Positions 48,861 to 62,164 of a stretch of DNA of 64,000 bases are shown here, in pieces. Numbering within the stretch: the stretch's first letter is position 1; every line of letters begins with the position of its first letter. The notes beneath the pieces were generated by a model. It was not told the DNA's origin, did not search any database, and saw nothing but the letters and a program-made list of their open reading frames with translations. Where the stretch lies: assembly GCF_964213995.1 (NCBI RefSeq), contig NW_027590388.1:186001-250000 (forward strand), given 5' to 3'. The stretch is from Mustelus asterias (taxonomy: Eukaryota). The translations under genes and the position numbers were made by a program.

Positions 48861-49401
48861 CATTTTTCAGACTTTCACTAGACTGTAGGTGGATATCAGA
48901 TTGATATTTTCCATTCAACCACACCCAAGGTGAGTTATTCCAATTCCTTTATTGTCCAGGACAATATATCCACAATATCTTTAAAACAGAAATTAAACAT
49001 TCCCATTTGATTTCAGACAGTAACATATTCTGTTAGTTTGTTCTTTATTGTCAATGTCAGGCTGGGGTTGTTCTCCTTGGAGCAAAGGAGGTTGAGGGGA
49101 GATTTGATAGAAGTGGACAAGATTCTGACAGGTTGAGATAAGGTGGACAAAGAAAAGCTGTTCCCATTAGCTGAAGGGACAAGGACGAGGGGGGACACAG
49201 ATTTCTTGTTTTGGGTCAAAGATGCAAGGGGACCGGGCCGGGGGCGGGGGGGGGGGAGTGGGGGAGATGTGAGGAAGAATATTCTGATGCAGCGAATGGT
49301 AATGACCTGAAACTCGCTGCCTACGAGGGTGGAGGAAGTGGAGACAATAAACAATTAAAAAGGAAATTGGATGGATATTTGGGGTGTTCCAAACAGAATG
49401 A

Positions 49402-50444
49402 AGAACAAAGAAAATTACAGCACAGAAACAAGCCCTTTGGCCCTCCAAGCCTGCAGCAACCATGCTGCCCGTCTGAACTAAAATCCCCGACCTTTCCGGG
49501 AACATATCCCTCTGTTCCTATGCTATTCATATATTTGTCAAGACACATCTTAAAAGTCACTGTCGTATCTTCTTCAACTACCGTCCCCGGCAACGAGTTC
49601 CAGGCACCCACCACCCTCTGTGTAAAAAACCTGCCTTGTACATCTCCTTTAAACCTTGCCCCTCGCACCTTAAACCTATGCCCCTAGTAACTGACTCTTC
49701 CACCCTGGGAAAAAGCTTCTGACTATCCACTCTGTCCATGACCCTCAAAATCTTGTAGACTTCTATCAGGTCGCCCCCCTCAACCTCCTTCGTTCCACTG
49801 GGAACCAAGCAAGTTTCTTCAACCTCTCCTCATAGCTAATGCCCTCCATACCAGGCAACATCCTGATACATATTTTCTGTACCCTCTCCAAAGCCTCCAC
49901 ATCCTTCTGGTACAGTGGTGACCAGAATTGAACACGAGATTCCAAGTGCGGTTTAACTAAGGTTCTATAAAGCTGCAACATGACTTGCCAATTTTTAAAC
50001 TCAGTGTCCCGGCTGATGAAGGCAAGCATGCCGTGTGCCTTCTTGACTACCTTCTCCACCTGCGTTGCCACTTTCAATGACCTGTGTACCTGTACACCCA
50101 CATCCCTCTGCCTATGAATACTCTTAAGGGTTCTGCCATTTACTGGATATTTCCCATCATTATCTCACAATTGTCTGGATTCAACTTCATCTGCCATCTC
50201 TCCGCCCAAGTCTCCAACTGATCTATATCCTGCTGTATCCTCTGTCGGACCCCATCGCTATCCGCAATTCCACCAACCTTTGTGTTGTCCACAAATTTAC
50301 CAATCAAACCAGTTACATTTTCCTCCAAATCATTTATATATATTACAAACAGCAAAAGTCCCAGCACTGATCCCTGAGGAATGTCACTTGTCACAGCCCT
50401 CCATTCAGAAATGTACCTTTGCACTGCCAACCTCTGTTTTCTTC
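49402..50444 (-). mobile_element. CR1 3' fragment
   Basis: PQGSVLG, KFVDNTK, KPHLES; empty site at ~12832. Confidence 0.9.
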
Positions 50445-50681
50445 TGACTAAATATCTCGAAACCTCCTAACACCCTGTCACTCTGTGATCCTTGTGACAT
50501 TTGAAACCAGGTATTCGCAACAAGACTCAAAGAGCATCAGCCCACTGGAGGCTGAGACCAGCCAGTCCAGCACAAAGAAACCCTCTGACCCTCCCCATTG
50601 ACCAACTGTGAGAATGAACAAAATGCAGTCCTGGATGTAACTGAGAGCAGAAACAATAACAGCAGAATCCAACCCCTGGAA

Positions 50682-51860
50682 TCACTCGTGAACTTGTTGG
50701 TGTCTCAGCAGGTGGGATGAAACTCTGAATCCCTTCCCACATACAGAGCAGGTGAATGGTCTCTCGCCAGTGTGAACTCGCTGGTGTATCCGCAGGTCAG
50801 ATGACTGAGTGAATCCCTTCCCACACTGAGGGCAGGTGAATGGCCTCTCCCCAGTGTGAACTCGCTGGTGTGTCCGCAGGTGGGTTGACCGAGTGAATCC
50901 CTTCCCACACTGAGAGCAGGTGAACGGCCTCTCCCCTGTGTGAACTCGCTGGTGTGTCAGCAGATCAGATGAGTTTGTGAATCCCTTCCCACACTGAGAG
51001 CAGATGAATGGTTTCTCCGCAGTGTGAACTTGCTGGTGTGTCTGCAGGTGGGTTGACCGAGTGAATCCCTCCCCACACTGAGAGCAGGTGAACGGCCTCT
51101 CTCCTGAGTGAACTCGCTGGTGTGTCCGCAGGTCAGATGACTGAGTGAATCCCTTCCCACACTGAGAGCAGGTGAATGGTTTCTCCCCAGTGTGAACTCG
51201 CTGGTGTATCCGCAGGTGGGATGACTGAGTGAATCCCTTCCCACACTGAGAGCAGGTGAATGGCCTCTCCCCTGTGTGACGTAGCTGGTGTCTCTGCAGG
51301 TCGGCTAACTGAGTGAATTCTTGCCCACACTGAGAGCAGGTGAACGGTCTCTCTCCAGTGTGAACTCGTTCGTGTGTCCGCAGGTTGGATGACTGAGTGA
51401 ATCCCTTCCCACACTGAAAACAGGTGAATGGCCTCTCCCCAGTGTGAACTCGCTGGTGTCTCTGCAGGTGGGATGACCGAGTGAATCTCTTCCCACACTG
51501 AGAGCAGGTGAATGGCCTCTCCCCAGTGTGAACTCGCTGGTGTCTCTGCAGGTGGAATGACCGAGTGAATCCCTTCCCACACTGAGAGCAGGTGAACGGC
51601 CTCTCTCCAGTGTGAACTTGCTGGTGTGTCTGCAGGCTGGATAACTGTATGAATCCCTTCCCACACTGCGAGCAGGTGAATGGCCTCTCCTCAGTGTGAA
51701 CGCGCTGGTGTGACTGCAGGTGGGATAACTGATTAAATCCCTCCCGACAGTGAGAGCAGATGAATGGTCTCTCCCCAGTGTGGCTGCGCCGATGAGTTTC
51801 CAGCTCTGATGGGGCTCTGTATCCCTTCCCACAGTCTGCACATTTCCATGGTTTCTCCAT
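50682..51860 (-). CDS. C2H2 zinc-finger protein (ZNF gene 5), 392 aa, 14 fingers
   Basis: MEKPWKC start at 51860; intact array ending HQQVHE*; closest to genes 1 and 2. Confidence 0.92.
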   Translation of the reverse strand: MEKPWKCADCGKGYRAPSELETHRRSHTGERPFICSHCREGFNQLSHLQSHQRVHTEERPFTCSQCGKGFIQLSSLQTHQQVHTGERPFTCSQCGKGFTRSFHLQRHQRVHTGERPFTCSQCGKRFTRSSHLQRHQRVHTGERPFTCFQCGKGFTQSSNLRTHERVHTGERPFTCSQCGQEFTQLADLQRHQLRHTGERPFTCSQCGKGFTQSSHLRIHQRVHTGEKPFTCSQCGKGFTQSSDLRTHQRVHSGERPFTCSQCGEGFTRSTHLQTHQQVHTAEKPFICSQCGKGFTNSSDLLTHQRVHTGERPFTCSQCGKGFTRSTHLRTHQRVHTGERPFTCPQCGKGFTQSSDLRIHQRVHTGERPFTCSVCGKGFRVSSHLLRHQQVHE

Positions 51861-52529
51861 GGTGCAGGTGTCCTTACCTGTCTCTTGAGTGGACAATTAG
51901 TTGAAACTTCGTCCACACACAGAACAAGATTACAGTCTCGACCCGCTGTGAATGTTGTGATATTTATTCAGGCTGTGTAACTGGTTAAAGCTCTTTAGTC
52001 CATGCACTAGAACACTCTCACTCGAGTGTGGCAGTGTGTTGATGCTTTTTCACTCACACTGACATTTCAAATCCTTTCAAATCGACAGACTGGACAATCA
52101 TTTCTCCTTCTGGATTCAAAGTCCGATGATATTGAGGTCCCAAGGAATATGACTCTGTCACGTCTCGACGTGACGTTTGAGATTTCAGCCTGTGATTCCT
52201 CTTTCAATATCCTGGAAAATGAGTTTCCAAAAGTCATCAGTGTCAGTACAGGATAGAAATTCAGAACAGACAATTTCTATGGAACATTCTTTCCTCTCTC
52301 ATTCCCCAAAAGCTGTAAATCTCCATCCCACACACTCTCTCCCCATTCTCAGCAGGTCTGGCAGCATCTGCATGGAGAGAAAAGAACTGATGTTTCAGAG
52401 CTTTGACAAAGGGTCATCTAGACAAGAAACATCAGCTCTTTTCTCTCCTTACAGATGCTGCCAGACCTACTGAGATTTTCCAGCATTTTCTCTCTTGGTT
52501 TCAGATTCCAGCATCCGCAGTAATTTGCT

Positions 52530-53175
52530 TTTATAAGGCTGCAGATACCTCCTCCCAGGTAACATGCGTGTGCCCAAGACATCACCACTTGTTTCCCTTA
52601 TTTCTTTCGCACCCATGGTGCTCTCCGCAGTAAACACAGAGGAGAAGTATTCATTAAAAATCTCACCCATCTCCTGCGGCTACCCACACAGATGGCCATA
52701 CTGATTTTTAAGGGGATCTATTCTCTCTCTAGCCACCCTTTTACTCTTAATATAGCTATAGAACCTCTTGGAATTTTCTTTAATCTTACCTGCCAGATCC
52801 ATATCAGACCCTCTTTTTGTCCTCCTGATTTCCCTCTTCAGTATTTTCTTACACTTTTTATAGTCAGAGTGATTCACTTGTCCCCAAAGAACAATACAGC
52901 ACAGGAACAGACCCTTCGGCCCTCCAGGCCCACGCCGCTCCCTGGTCCAAACTAGACCATTCTTTTGTATCCCTCCATTCCCACTCCATTCATTTGGCTA
53001 TCTAGATAAGTCTTAAACGTTCCCAGTGTGTCCGCTCCACCACCTTGCCTGGCAGCGCATTCCAGGCCCCCACCACCCTCTGTGTAAAATACGTCCTTCT
53101 GGTATCCGTGTTAAACCTCCCCCCCTCACCTTGAACCTATGAGCCCTCGTGAATGTCACCACCGACGTGGGAAAA
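52530..53175 (-). mobile_element. CR1 fragments (old 52530-52885; young 3' end 52887-53175)
   Basis: KENSKRFYSYIKSKR; CR1 tail. Confidence 0.85.
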
Positions 53176-53313
53176 CCCTCACCCATTCCATTGTGACATC
53201 ACACCCTCACCCATTCCATTGTGACATCACACCCTCACCCATTCCATTGTGATGTCACGCTCTCACCCATTCCATTGTGACGTCACACTCTCACCCATTC
53301 CATTGTGACGTCA
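53176..53313. repeat. 28-bp minisatellite x5 containing TGACGTCA and CpG-decayed variants
   Basis: paralog of 18577-18686. Confidence 0.95.
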
Positions 53314-53314
53314 G

Positions 53315-53910
53315 GGCTTCACTCTCCGATCACAATCCCTGCCGGCCTCCCACATGCAGCCTCAATGGCGGCAGTCAGCCCGGGTCTAACACTACAAGCT
53401 GCCGCTCCATTTGGTACAAAGGGGGGGACCGGGAAGTTCATTTCCGGGGTTTGGGTTTGAACAACATGTTTACAAAGTCTTTCCACCCACCCGCCACATT
53501 TATCATTCCCCGCGCGCCGCCCTCTACCTCGTATTGATCTCGCTTCCAGGTTAAAACCATCCGCCTTTCCGTCGCCATTACCCGCACTGCGCATGCTTCA
53601 GATCCCGCCCCTCATTCACTCCGATTGCTTGGAGGACCAGCCGCTCCCGCTCGGTCCTCCAGCCCCGCCCCCTCCTCCTATTGGTCCGGAGCTGCCGTCA
53701 ATCAGTGCCCGGGCATTGTGATGTGGAGCATGCGCAGTGTCATTGCTGTCCTTGGCGCTTGTTTGTCCCGGAGAAGCGGAGTCAGCGTTAGGCGGTGGCT
53801 GGGAGGATTTGGAAACACTTTGTGGATCCGCAAACCCTTCAGAATCATTGTCAGCTCCCTGGTTTGCAGCTGCGGGGCTTCTCCCTCCCTCCCGGGAACA
53901 GGCCCAGGTT
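53315..53910 (+). promoter_or_regulatory. CpG-island promoter/first exon of ZNF gene 6 (possibly shared with gene 5)
   Basis: near-identical to 18690-19300. Confidence 0.72.
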
Positions 53911-54155
53911 AACGGCCCCATCCTGGCTCAGCCACTGGAGGATGGTTCACATCAGAGGATGGGGGAGGGAGACAATAAATAAGAGGTTACACTTTGGCCT
54001 CAAATCAATGAGGACTCTGATCTCTGGGAAGGAAGGAAACCCTGGGAGGTGGGCGGGGAGGATTCACAAACACCCGCTGGAGGCCCCAACACCCCCAATA
54101 AGACCCATTGGTTTTATTGTCAGTCTGCAGACAGCAGCTGGAGAACTGAACCCAG

Positions 54156-54440
54156 TAAGAAGACTCACAACACCAGGTTAAAGTCCAACAGGTTTATTTG
54201 GTAGCAAAAGGCACTCGCTTTCGGATCACTGCTCCTTCATCAGGTGAGTGGGACTTGTGTTCATAAACAGGGCATATATATTGACACAAACTCAATTTAC
54301 AAGATAATGGTTGGAATGCGAGTCTTTACAGGCAATCAAGTCTTAAAGGTACAGAAAATGTGAGTGGAGAGAGGGTTAAGCACAGGTTAAAGAGATGTGT
54401 ATTGTCTCCAGCCAGGACAGTTAGTGAGATTTCCACATCA
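54156..54440 (-). mobile_element. Penelope pLTR insertion with degenerate hammerhead
   Basis: 14-bp TSD agaactgaacccag (54142-54155/54441-54454). Confidence 0.9.
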
Positions 54441-55032
54441 AGAACTGAACCCAGACAGAGGAGAGGGAGGGAGAAAACTGGGAGTGGAGGGAAGAAATGG
54501 TGGAGATGTTGAGATGGGTTTGGATTTCAGCCCAGGGAGGGGGGAGAGTGTGTGGGACGGGGATTTATCGATTTGGGGGAACAAGAGAGGAAAATATGTT
54601 CCAGAGAAATTTCAGAATTTCTATCCTGCACTGACAGTGATGGTATTTGTAAACTGTTTTTGCAGGGTATTATGAAGCAAGATTTACAGATATGAAACTC
54701 AAACCAAACTTCACATCAAGATCTGTTTCAGTGATTTGATTAATCAGAAACTGAATATAATCAGCCTTTGTCTACAGAAGGAGAAATGTTTATTCTGTCT
54801 GCGGGCAAAGATTTCAAACATCAGTGTGACTGAAAAAGCACATTGACACACACACACCTGAGAGTTTCCAATGTGCTGAATGTGGAAAGTGGTTTAACAA
54901 GTCTGAAAAACAATCACATCATTGTCAGTGAGTAGTGACCCGACGCATATTCTGTGTAAACGAGGCTTCAACTCATCATCCAACCTGGAGTCACACGAGG
55001 ACACCGGCAGCTCAGAGAAACCATTGAAATGT

Positions 55033-56238
55033 ATGGACTGTGGGAGGGGCTTCAATTACCCGTCCGAATTGGATATTCATCGTCGCATTCACACTGGAGA
55101 GAGGCCGTTCACCTGCTCTGAGTGTGGGAAAGGATTTGCTTACTCATCCAGCCTCTATACACACCGGCGTGTTCACACTGGAGAGAGGCCATTCACCTGC
55201 CTCGAATGTGGGAGGGGATGTCATGCTTTATCAAGCCTCCTGATTCACCGGCAGGTTCACTCCGATCAGAGACTGTTTCAGTGTTCTGATTGTGAGAAAA
55301 GCTTTAAAAGCACAAAGGACCTCCTGAGACACCAGCGCACTCACATGGCGGTGAGACCGTTCACCTGCTCAGTGTGTGGGAAGGGATTCACTCAGTCATC
55401 CCACCTTCTGACACACCAACTTGTTCACACTGATCAGAGACCATTTCAATGTTCTGACTGTGAGAAGAGATTTAAAAGTAAATATGATTTACAAGTCCAT
55501 CAGCGCACTCACACTGGGGAGAAGCCATTCACCTGCTCCGTGTGTGAGAGGAGATTCGGACGTTTATCCCAGCTGCAAACACACCAGCGAGTTCACTCTG
55601 ATAAGAGACCATTTCAGTGTTCTGACTGTGAGAAGAGCTTTAAAAGTAAACAGGATTTGGTGACACACCAGCGAGTTCACACTGGGGAGAAACCGTTCAC
55701 CTGCTCGGTGTGTGGGATGGGATTCACCCATTCATCCCACTGTCTGAGACACCAGCGAGTTCACACCGGGGAGAAACCATTCATTTGCTGTGTGTGTGGG
55801 AAGGGATTCACTGATTCACCTCACCTCCTGATACACGAGCGGATTCACACTGGGGAGAAACCCTTCACTTGCTCCACATGTGGGAAACGATTCACTCAGC
55901 CACCCCAGCTCATTGCACATCAACTAGTCCACACTGATCAGAGACCTTTTAAGTGTTCTGACTGTGAGAAAAGCTTTAAAAGCTCTAAGGACCTGCTGAG
56001 ACACCAGCAAATTCACACTGGAGAGAGATCATTCACCTGCTCCATGTGTGGGAAAAGGTTCACTCAGTCATCCCACCTGCTGAGACACCAGCAGGTTCAC
56101 ACAGGAGAGAGATCGTTCACCTGCTCCGTATGTGGGAAGAGATTTGCTTGGTCAGCCAATCTACTGAGACACCAGCAAGTTCACAAGTCACTGCAGGGGT
56201 TGGATTCTGCTGTTGCTGCTCACCCCATGCAGGACTGA
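55033..56238 (+). CDS. C2H2 zinc-finger protein (ZNF gene 6), 14 finger repeats, start uncertain
   Basis: frame open from 54922; family ATG replaced (SEKPLKC); first ATG at 55033 lies inside finger 1; ancestral stop read through. Confidence 0.75.
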   Translation: MDCGRGFNYPSELDIHRRIHTGERPFTCSECGKGFAYSSSLYTHRRVHTGERPFTCLECGRGCHALSSLLIHRQVHSDQRLFQCSDCEKSFKSTKDLLRHQRTHMAVRPFTCSVCGKGFTQSSHLLTHQLVHTDQRPFQCSDCEKRFKSKYDLQVHQRTHTGEKPFTCSVCERRFGRLSQLQTHQRVHSDKRPFQCSDCEKSFKSKQDLVTHQRVHTGEKPFTCSVCGMGFTHSSHCLRHQRVHTGEKPFICCVCGKGFTDSPHLLIHERIHTGEKPFTCSTCGKRFTQPPQLIAHQLVHTDQRPFKCSDCEKSFKSSKDLLRHQQIHTGERSFTCSMCGKRFTQSSHLLRHQQVHTGERSFTCSVCGKRFAWSANLLRHQQVHKSLQGLDSAVAAHPMQD

Positions 56239-56388
56239 ATCATGTTCATTTATTTATTTATCTATCTGTTATTGAAGTAATTAATAAGTAATCCCATGCA
56301 GGACTGAATCATGTTCATTTATTTATCTATCTATTATTTAAGTAATTAGTAAATAAGTAATCCCATGCAGGACTGAATCATGTTCATT
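56224..56388. repeat. 69-bp-period tandem duplication over the gene 6 stop
   Basis: cccatgcaggactgaatcatgttcatt x3. Confidence 0.9.
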
Positions 56389-56394
56389 CTGTTA

Positions 56395-57685
56395 TTAAGG
56401 AGACTGGGGTGGGACACAGATAATCTCTGTGCAATCAGGCAGAGTCAACATGGTTTTGTGCAAGGGAAATCATGTTAATTGATTTATTGGATTTCTTTGA
56501 GGAAGTAACAAGCAATGTGGATAAAGTGGAACCTGTGGATGTGGTGTATTTAGATTTCCAGAAGGCATTTGACAAGGTGCCACATCAAAGTTCACCACAC
56601 TAAATAAGAATTTGTAGCATAAGGCATAACATATTAGCATCCCATCCACTTTGATTCTTTATATTAGCATGGATAGAGGATTGATGAGCTAATAGGAAAC
56701 AGGAGGGAGAAATGAGTCATTTTTGGGATGGCAAAATGTAGCCTGTGGAGTGCCACAGGGACCAGTGCTGGGCCCTCAACTATTGACAAACTATTTTCAT
56801 GATGTGGATGACAGGATCAAAATTTGTTGATAACACAAAGGTAGGTAGGAAAGTGAGATGTGAATGACCATAACAAGCCTGTAAAGTAATATAGATAGGG
56901 TCAGTGAGTGGGTAAAAGGTTGGCAGCTGGAACAAGATTTTTGGATAATGTGAACTTGTCCATTTGGACAGGAAGGATGGAAAAGCAGTTGATTATTTAA
57001 AGCGAGCGATTGCAGAACTTTGAGGTACAGAGGGATCTGGGTGTCCTGGTACTGTAATCAGGAAACGTTAGTGTGTGGACACAGCAAATGATTAGAAAGG
57101 TAAATGAATTGTTGTTTATTGCAGGGATGTTTTGCTATATTTGTTCAGGGTATTGGTGAGACCACATCTAGAGCATGGTGTACAGTTTTGGTCTCCTTAC
57201 TTAAGAGAGGACTTGTGTGAGAAGTAGTTCAGAGAAGGTTTACTTGACTGATTCCTGGGATGAGGGAGTTATCATACGAGGAAAAGTTGGACATGTTCGG
57301 CCTGTATCTATTGGGGTTTAGAAGAATGAGAGAGGATCTGATTGAAACATAAAATTCAGAGGGGACTTGACAGAGTGGATGTTGATTGTCGAGAGAGGAG
57401 AACTAGAGGCACAGTTTAAAAATAAGGGGTCTCCCATTTAAGACTTCTCTCAGAGGGTTGTTACAGTGTGGAATTCTCTTCCACAGAGAGTGGTGGAGGC
57501 TGGCTCACTGAATATTCTGAAGTCTGAATTTAATAGATTCTTGATTGACAAGAGAGTCAAAGGGTGTGAGGGGTAAGAAGGAAAGTGGAGTTGAAGCTAC
57601 AATCACATCAGCCGGGATCCTATTGAATGGTGGAGCAGGCTCGAGGGGCCGAGTGGCCTTCTCCTGCTCCTAATTCACATGTTCC
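56395..57685 (+). mobile_element. old CR1 LINE fragment
   Basis: SQHGF, YLDFQKAFDKVPH, GVPQGPVLGP, RPHLE remnants; many stops. Confidence 0.85.
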
Positions 57686-58419
57686 CATTGTGATAGTTGG
57701 AGTTTGTTTCTGCTGATGTTAATTTCCCATAAAACTGAGCTGCAGCTTAATCTACAGAATAGAATCAAATAAATCTTGATGATAAACTAATTGACCAGCC
57801 AGGGTCTAACTGAATGACAGAGCAGACTGGAAGGGCTGAACAACCTGCTCCAGTTCCTGTGTAGTTTCTCCCCAGGATTCTCCCACTCTCTAACTCTGCT
57901 CCAGTGCTGGTTTCTGATGAAGTCTCTTCTCCCCAGGTCTCCCATCACTTTCCATTCATCAGCTGGTGTCTGAGTCCAAGTTTACCAGGAACAGGAGGAG
58001 GTCATTTATCCCCTCAAGCCTGTTCTCTCATTCACTGAGGTCATGGCTGATCTGTGACCTAACTCCATTTACCCAGATATTGTTTTAATCCTGACTTCCT
58101 CAGTCTGTTACAATGAGATTTTTAAAATAACTTTTGTTTACATCAGACCTTCAATGTAGGAGAGTGTCCCAAGGTGAATCTCAGAAACATCAATTGATAA
58201 ATCAGACAACTGGCACTGAGGGGATGTTAGGAGGCTGACTGAAGACTTGGTGCAGTGTAAAGGGTTAATGTTAAATTTGTAAATATTCTACCCAGTGATG
58301 TAAGATCAGATGATAAGAGTCTGCTGAGAGATGGTTGTCTGCTGAGCCTTGTGCTGTACATATTTAGAAGAAGGTGCAATAAAAAGTTATATTAACCAAT
58401 AGCCTTGCCTCCAGCAGTC

Positions 58420-58740
58420 TCTGTCAATCGTGGCCAATTTCTGTATCCACTTGATCTAAACCTGTCATAATAGTGTTCACCTCTATCAGATCTTCCCTTA
58501 GCCTCCTTCATTCCAGGGAGAATAACTCCAACTTCTCAAACCTGACCTTGGAGTTAAAATCCTTCATTGCTGGAACCATTCTGGTGAACCTCCGCACCTT
58601 CTCAAGGACCATCCCATCATTCCTAAAGCGTGCTGTCTGGATATGAACACAATATTCCCATTGTGGTTTAAACAGTGCTTCATAAAGCCTCAGCATAACT
58701 TCATTGGCTTTTATTACAATGGCTCTATTGGAAACCAATG
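58420..58740 (-). mobile_element. old CR1 fragment
   Basis: LRLYEALFKPQWEYC, LELFSLE. Confidence 0.75.
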
Positions 58741-59299
58741 TATTATGGACCTTTTTAATGTGCAGTCAGTTTGTAACTTTATTTATTTTATATTAATCAG
58801 TGTTCACGGGTTGTGGTGTAACGCTGTGTGTGGAGTCTCTCATGGTGGTAACAGGAAATATCGAGGGTGATAGAAGAACCCAGACTGAGCATATCTGAAG
58901 AACTGCACTGAACTGCATTGTGGGTTCAATGTGCAAAGCATGCTGGTCAATGTAGTCAAGTCGCAGCCTTGCTGGAATTAGCAATGTCTGCAAAATGAAT
59001 TAAATTGTGCAGGAAACTGGCCTCACACTGTGAGAAAGATGTGTTTGTTTGAGCTAATGAACTAGTCTGTAGCAGCTTAGGGAATGATAACAGTGTCAGA
59101 GATAACACAGTGGAGTCAGGCTGGCTCTATTCCTTCAAGTATAACCGTGTAATAGGCCCAGGACATAAGAACAAGGGAGAAGACAATGCTGTCATTGAAA
59201 ACCAATTCAATGGGCTAAAAACAGGTATTACCTTATTTTTTATTCGTTTACAGAGGTCAAAGCCCACAGCCTGCCCTGAATAATAAAAGGTGGGCCTCA

Positions 59300-61835
59300 C
59301 TGGCTAGGTCAGCATTTATTGCCCATTTCTAAATGGCCTTGAGAAGGTGGTGTTGAGCTGCCTTCTAGAACCACAGCAATCCCTGTGGTGTAGGGACACC
59401 CACACTTGTTTGGGAGGAAGCTCCAGGATTCTGGTCCAGTGACAGCAAAGGAACAGCGATATATTTTGAAGTCAAGATGTGAGTGTTACGATCCCAGTTG
59501 ATGTTATAATTGGACAGGATGATTCCAGGATGGAACACTGGCTCAAAAGACTGCAACTTTTACTTTTTGTAGAAAACATAAAGGAACAGAATCTCAGGAC
59601 TGCCAATTAGCTTTTAATAAAATATTTATTAAACACGAAGAGTTTGACGATAACAAAATACTCCTTGACTCACACTTACCTTCACAAATGTATCCAGATT
59701 TCAAGGATAACATAGATTTAAAATTCCTTATGCTATAATGTTCTCAGTAAACACATGGTTCCTTTAAACCCACAGGTTAGCTGTGATCAGACAACCCCCA
59801 CTCTGAAACCAAGTGGCAGATGCAACTCAATCGATCCTCTGTGGATTTCTCCTCAAATTTCCCCCCCAGATGATTGTCTCGAGTGTTTTCAAACTCCGCT
59901 CTCAGAAAGACACGTGTTAATATCTCCTTCCAAACCAAGTTTCTCTCCATTGCTTTCAACAAAGATCCACTTCCAGGTCTTCCAATTATCCTTTCAAACA
60001 AGGCTTTCTCTCCACTCTTTTAGCAAGAAGCTGCCTCTAGGTTTTTAACTCTCAGAATTCCTTTGCCTTGAATTGCAACATGCTTCCAAAATTCTGCATA
60101 AACTCAGATCATCAGTCTGTAACAGAATACAATTGCTTCAAAATCTGGATTTAAGGACATCAAACCTTCCCACTATTCAGATATGCGGCTTGTCTGTCAC
60201 CAACCTCATCAGTTCTTTTCTTCCCAGGTCTGAGTTTAACTTCCATGAATAGTATCCTGTTCAAAAGACAATGCTGTTCCTTTTTTTCTTCAATATTCCT
60301 GGAGCTTCTTTTCCATTCCCGGGTTTCTCAAACTAACTGTCCTTTAGTTCCTCTGGAGCTTGCTTTCGCACACATTACTCCATTGTATGGCTTTCCTGCT
60401 TCTAGTAGAGCTGAGAGCTGCTCACTCTCTCGTTTCCTCATCCCAACTGCTATAGAACAAAGAACAAAGAAAATTACAGCACAGGAACAGGCCCTTCAGC
60501 CCTCCAAGCCTGCACCGGCCATGCTGCCCGACTGAACTAAAACCCCCTACCCTTCCAGGGACCATATCCCTCTATTCCCATCCTATTCATGTATTTGTCA
60601 AGACGCCCCTTAAAAGTCACGACCAAAGACTATAAATTCAACTAATACTACACTCAAAAACCTTCTCACCCTAAAGGTGCCCCTGGTTGCTATGCAACAA
60701 TGCATTACTTCTCCAACTTCACGTTTATTTTTCACGCCATAAACTCTCTCAGCACAACAGGAATACAATTTCAATTGAAACCTATCCCCCACACATGCAA
60801 ACACCTTTGTTCAACATTAATCCAACCAAAGTTCTCCTCTTCCTACACAGAAACACTAAATCAAACTTACTTAAATCTATACTTTATTTCTAATATTTAA
60901 CAATAGAAACATAGATCACTTAAAACTATCTCTGTTTTCCTGACATGAGTGACTTAGAGAGGAACTTCCAGGTGGTGATATTCTCATGTATCTGCTGCTC
61001 TTGTCCTTCTAGATGGTAATGTTTCTGGGTCTGTAAGATGCTGCCTAAGGAGTCTTGGTGAGTTCCTGCAGTGCATTTTGTAGATGGTACACACTGTTGC
61101 TACTGTCCGTCGGTGGTAGAGGGAGTGAATGTTTGTGGTTAGTGTGTTGATCAAGTGGGGCTGCTTTGTCCTGGATGGTTTTGAGCTTCTTGAGTGTTGT
61201 TGGGAGCTGCACTCATTCAGGCAAGTGGAGAGTATTCCATCACATTCCTGACTTGTGTCATGTAGATGGTGGACGGGCTTTGGGTGGGGGAGTCAGAAGG
61301 TGAGTTACTCTCCTCAGGGCTGCCAGTCTCTGACCTGCTCTGGTAGCCACAGTATCTATGGGTTTCTGGTCAATGTAACCCCCCAGGATGTTGATAGTGG
61401 AAGGGGGATTCAGTGATGGTAATGCCCTTGAATCTCAAGGGGTGATGGTTAGATCTTCTCCTGTTAGAGATGGTCATTGCCTCGGACTTATGTGGCATGA
61501 ATGTTACTTGCCACTTGTCAGCCCAAGCCTGGATATTGTTGTATTTGGACATGGACTGCTTCAGTATCTGAGGAATCACAAATGGTGCTGAACATTGTGT
61601 ATTCATTGGCGGACATCCCCACTTCTGACCTTATGACGGAGGGAAGGTTATTGATGAAGCAGCTGAAGATGGTTGGGCCTCGGACACTACCCTGAGAGAT
61701 CCCTGCATTGATGTCCTGGAGCTGAGATGACTGACCCTCCACAACCACAACCATCTTCCTAATTGCCAGGTATAAGTCCAACCAGCAGAGAGTTTGCCCC
61801 TTGATATCCATTGATTCCAGTTTTGCTCGGGGTCC
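59300..61835 (-). mobile_element. CR1/L2-group LINE fragment split by an LTR-like insertion
   Basis: QGSVRGPTIFSCFINNLP, WADKWQVTF. Confidence 0.75.
59484..60945. mobile_element. solo LTR-like insertion (nested CR1 tail at ~60453-60620)
   Basis: TGT...ACA ends, 4-bp TSD tgag. Confidence 0.7.
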
Positions 61836-62164
61836 ATGATATGGTGGCACAGTGGTTAGACCAGTTGGCTCACAGCCCCAGGGACCCAGGTTTGATTCCG
61901 GCCTTGGGTGGCTGTGTCGAGTTGGCACATTCATCAGCTTTTTTTTTGTGGATCATTTCAGTGGAAATGTGCTCTCCCAAACTCAAAGAGCATCAGTCCA
62001 CTGAAAACAAAGTTGTGAGACCGGCCAGTCCAGCAGAAAGAAACCCTCCAACCCTCCCACTTCACCAATTGTCAAAATGAACATAGTTCAGTCCCGGATG
62101 TGATTAACAGCAGCAATAACAGCAGAATCCAACCACTGTCATCACTTGTGAACTTACTGGTGTC

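Noticed and set aside
56224-56388. CRISPR-like 27-bp repeats with spacers
   Set aside because: The spacers resemble each other (69-bp tandem duplication); eukaryotic context with no cas genes
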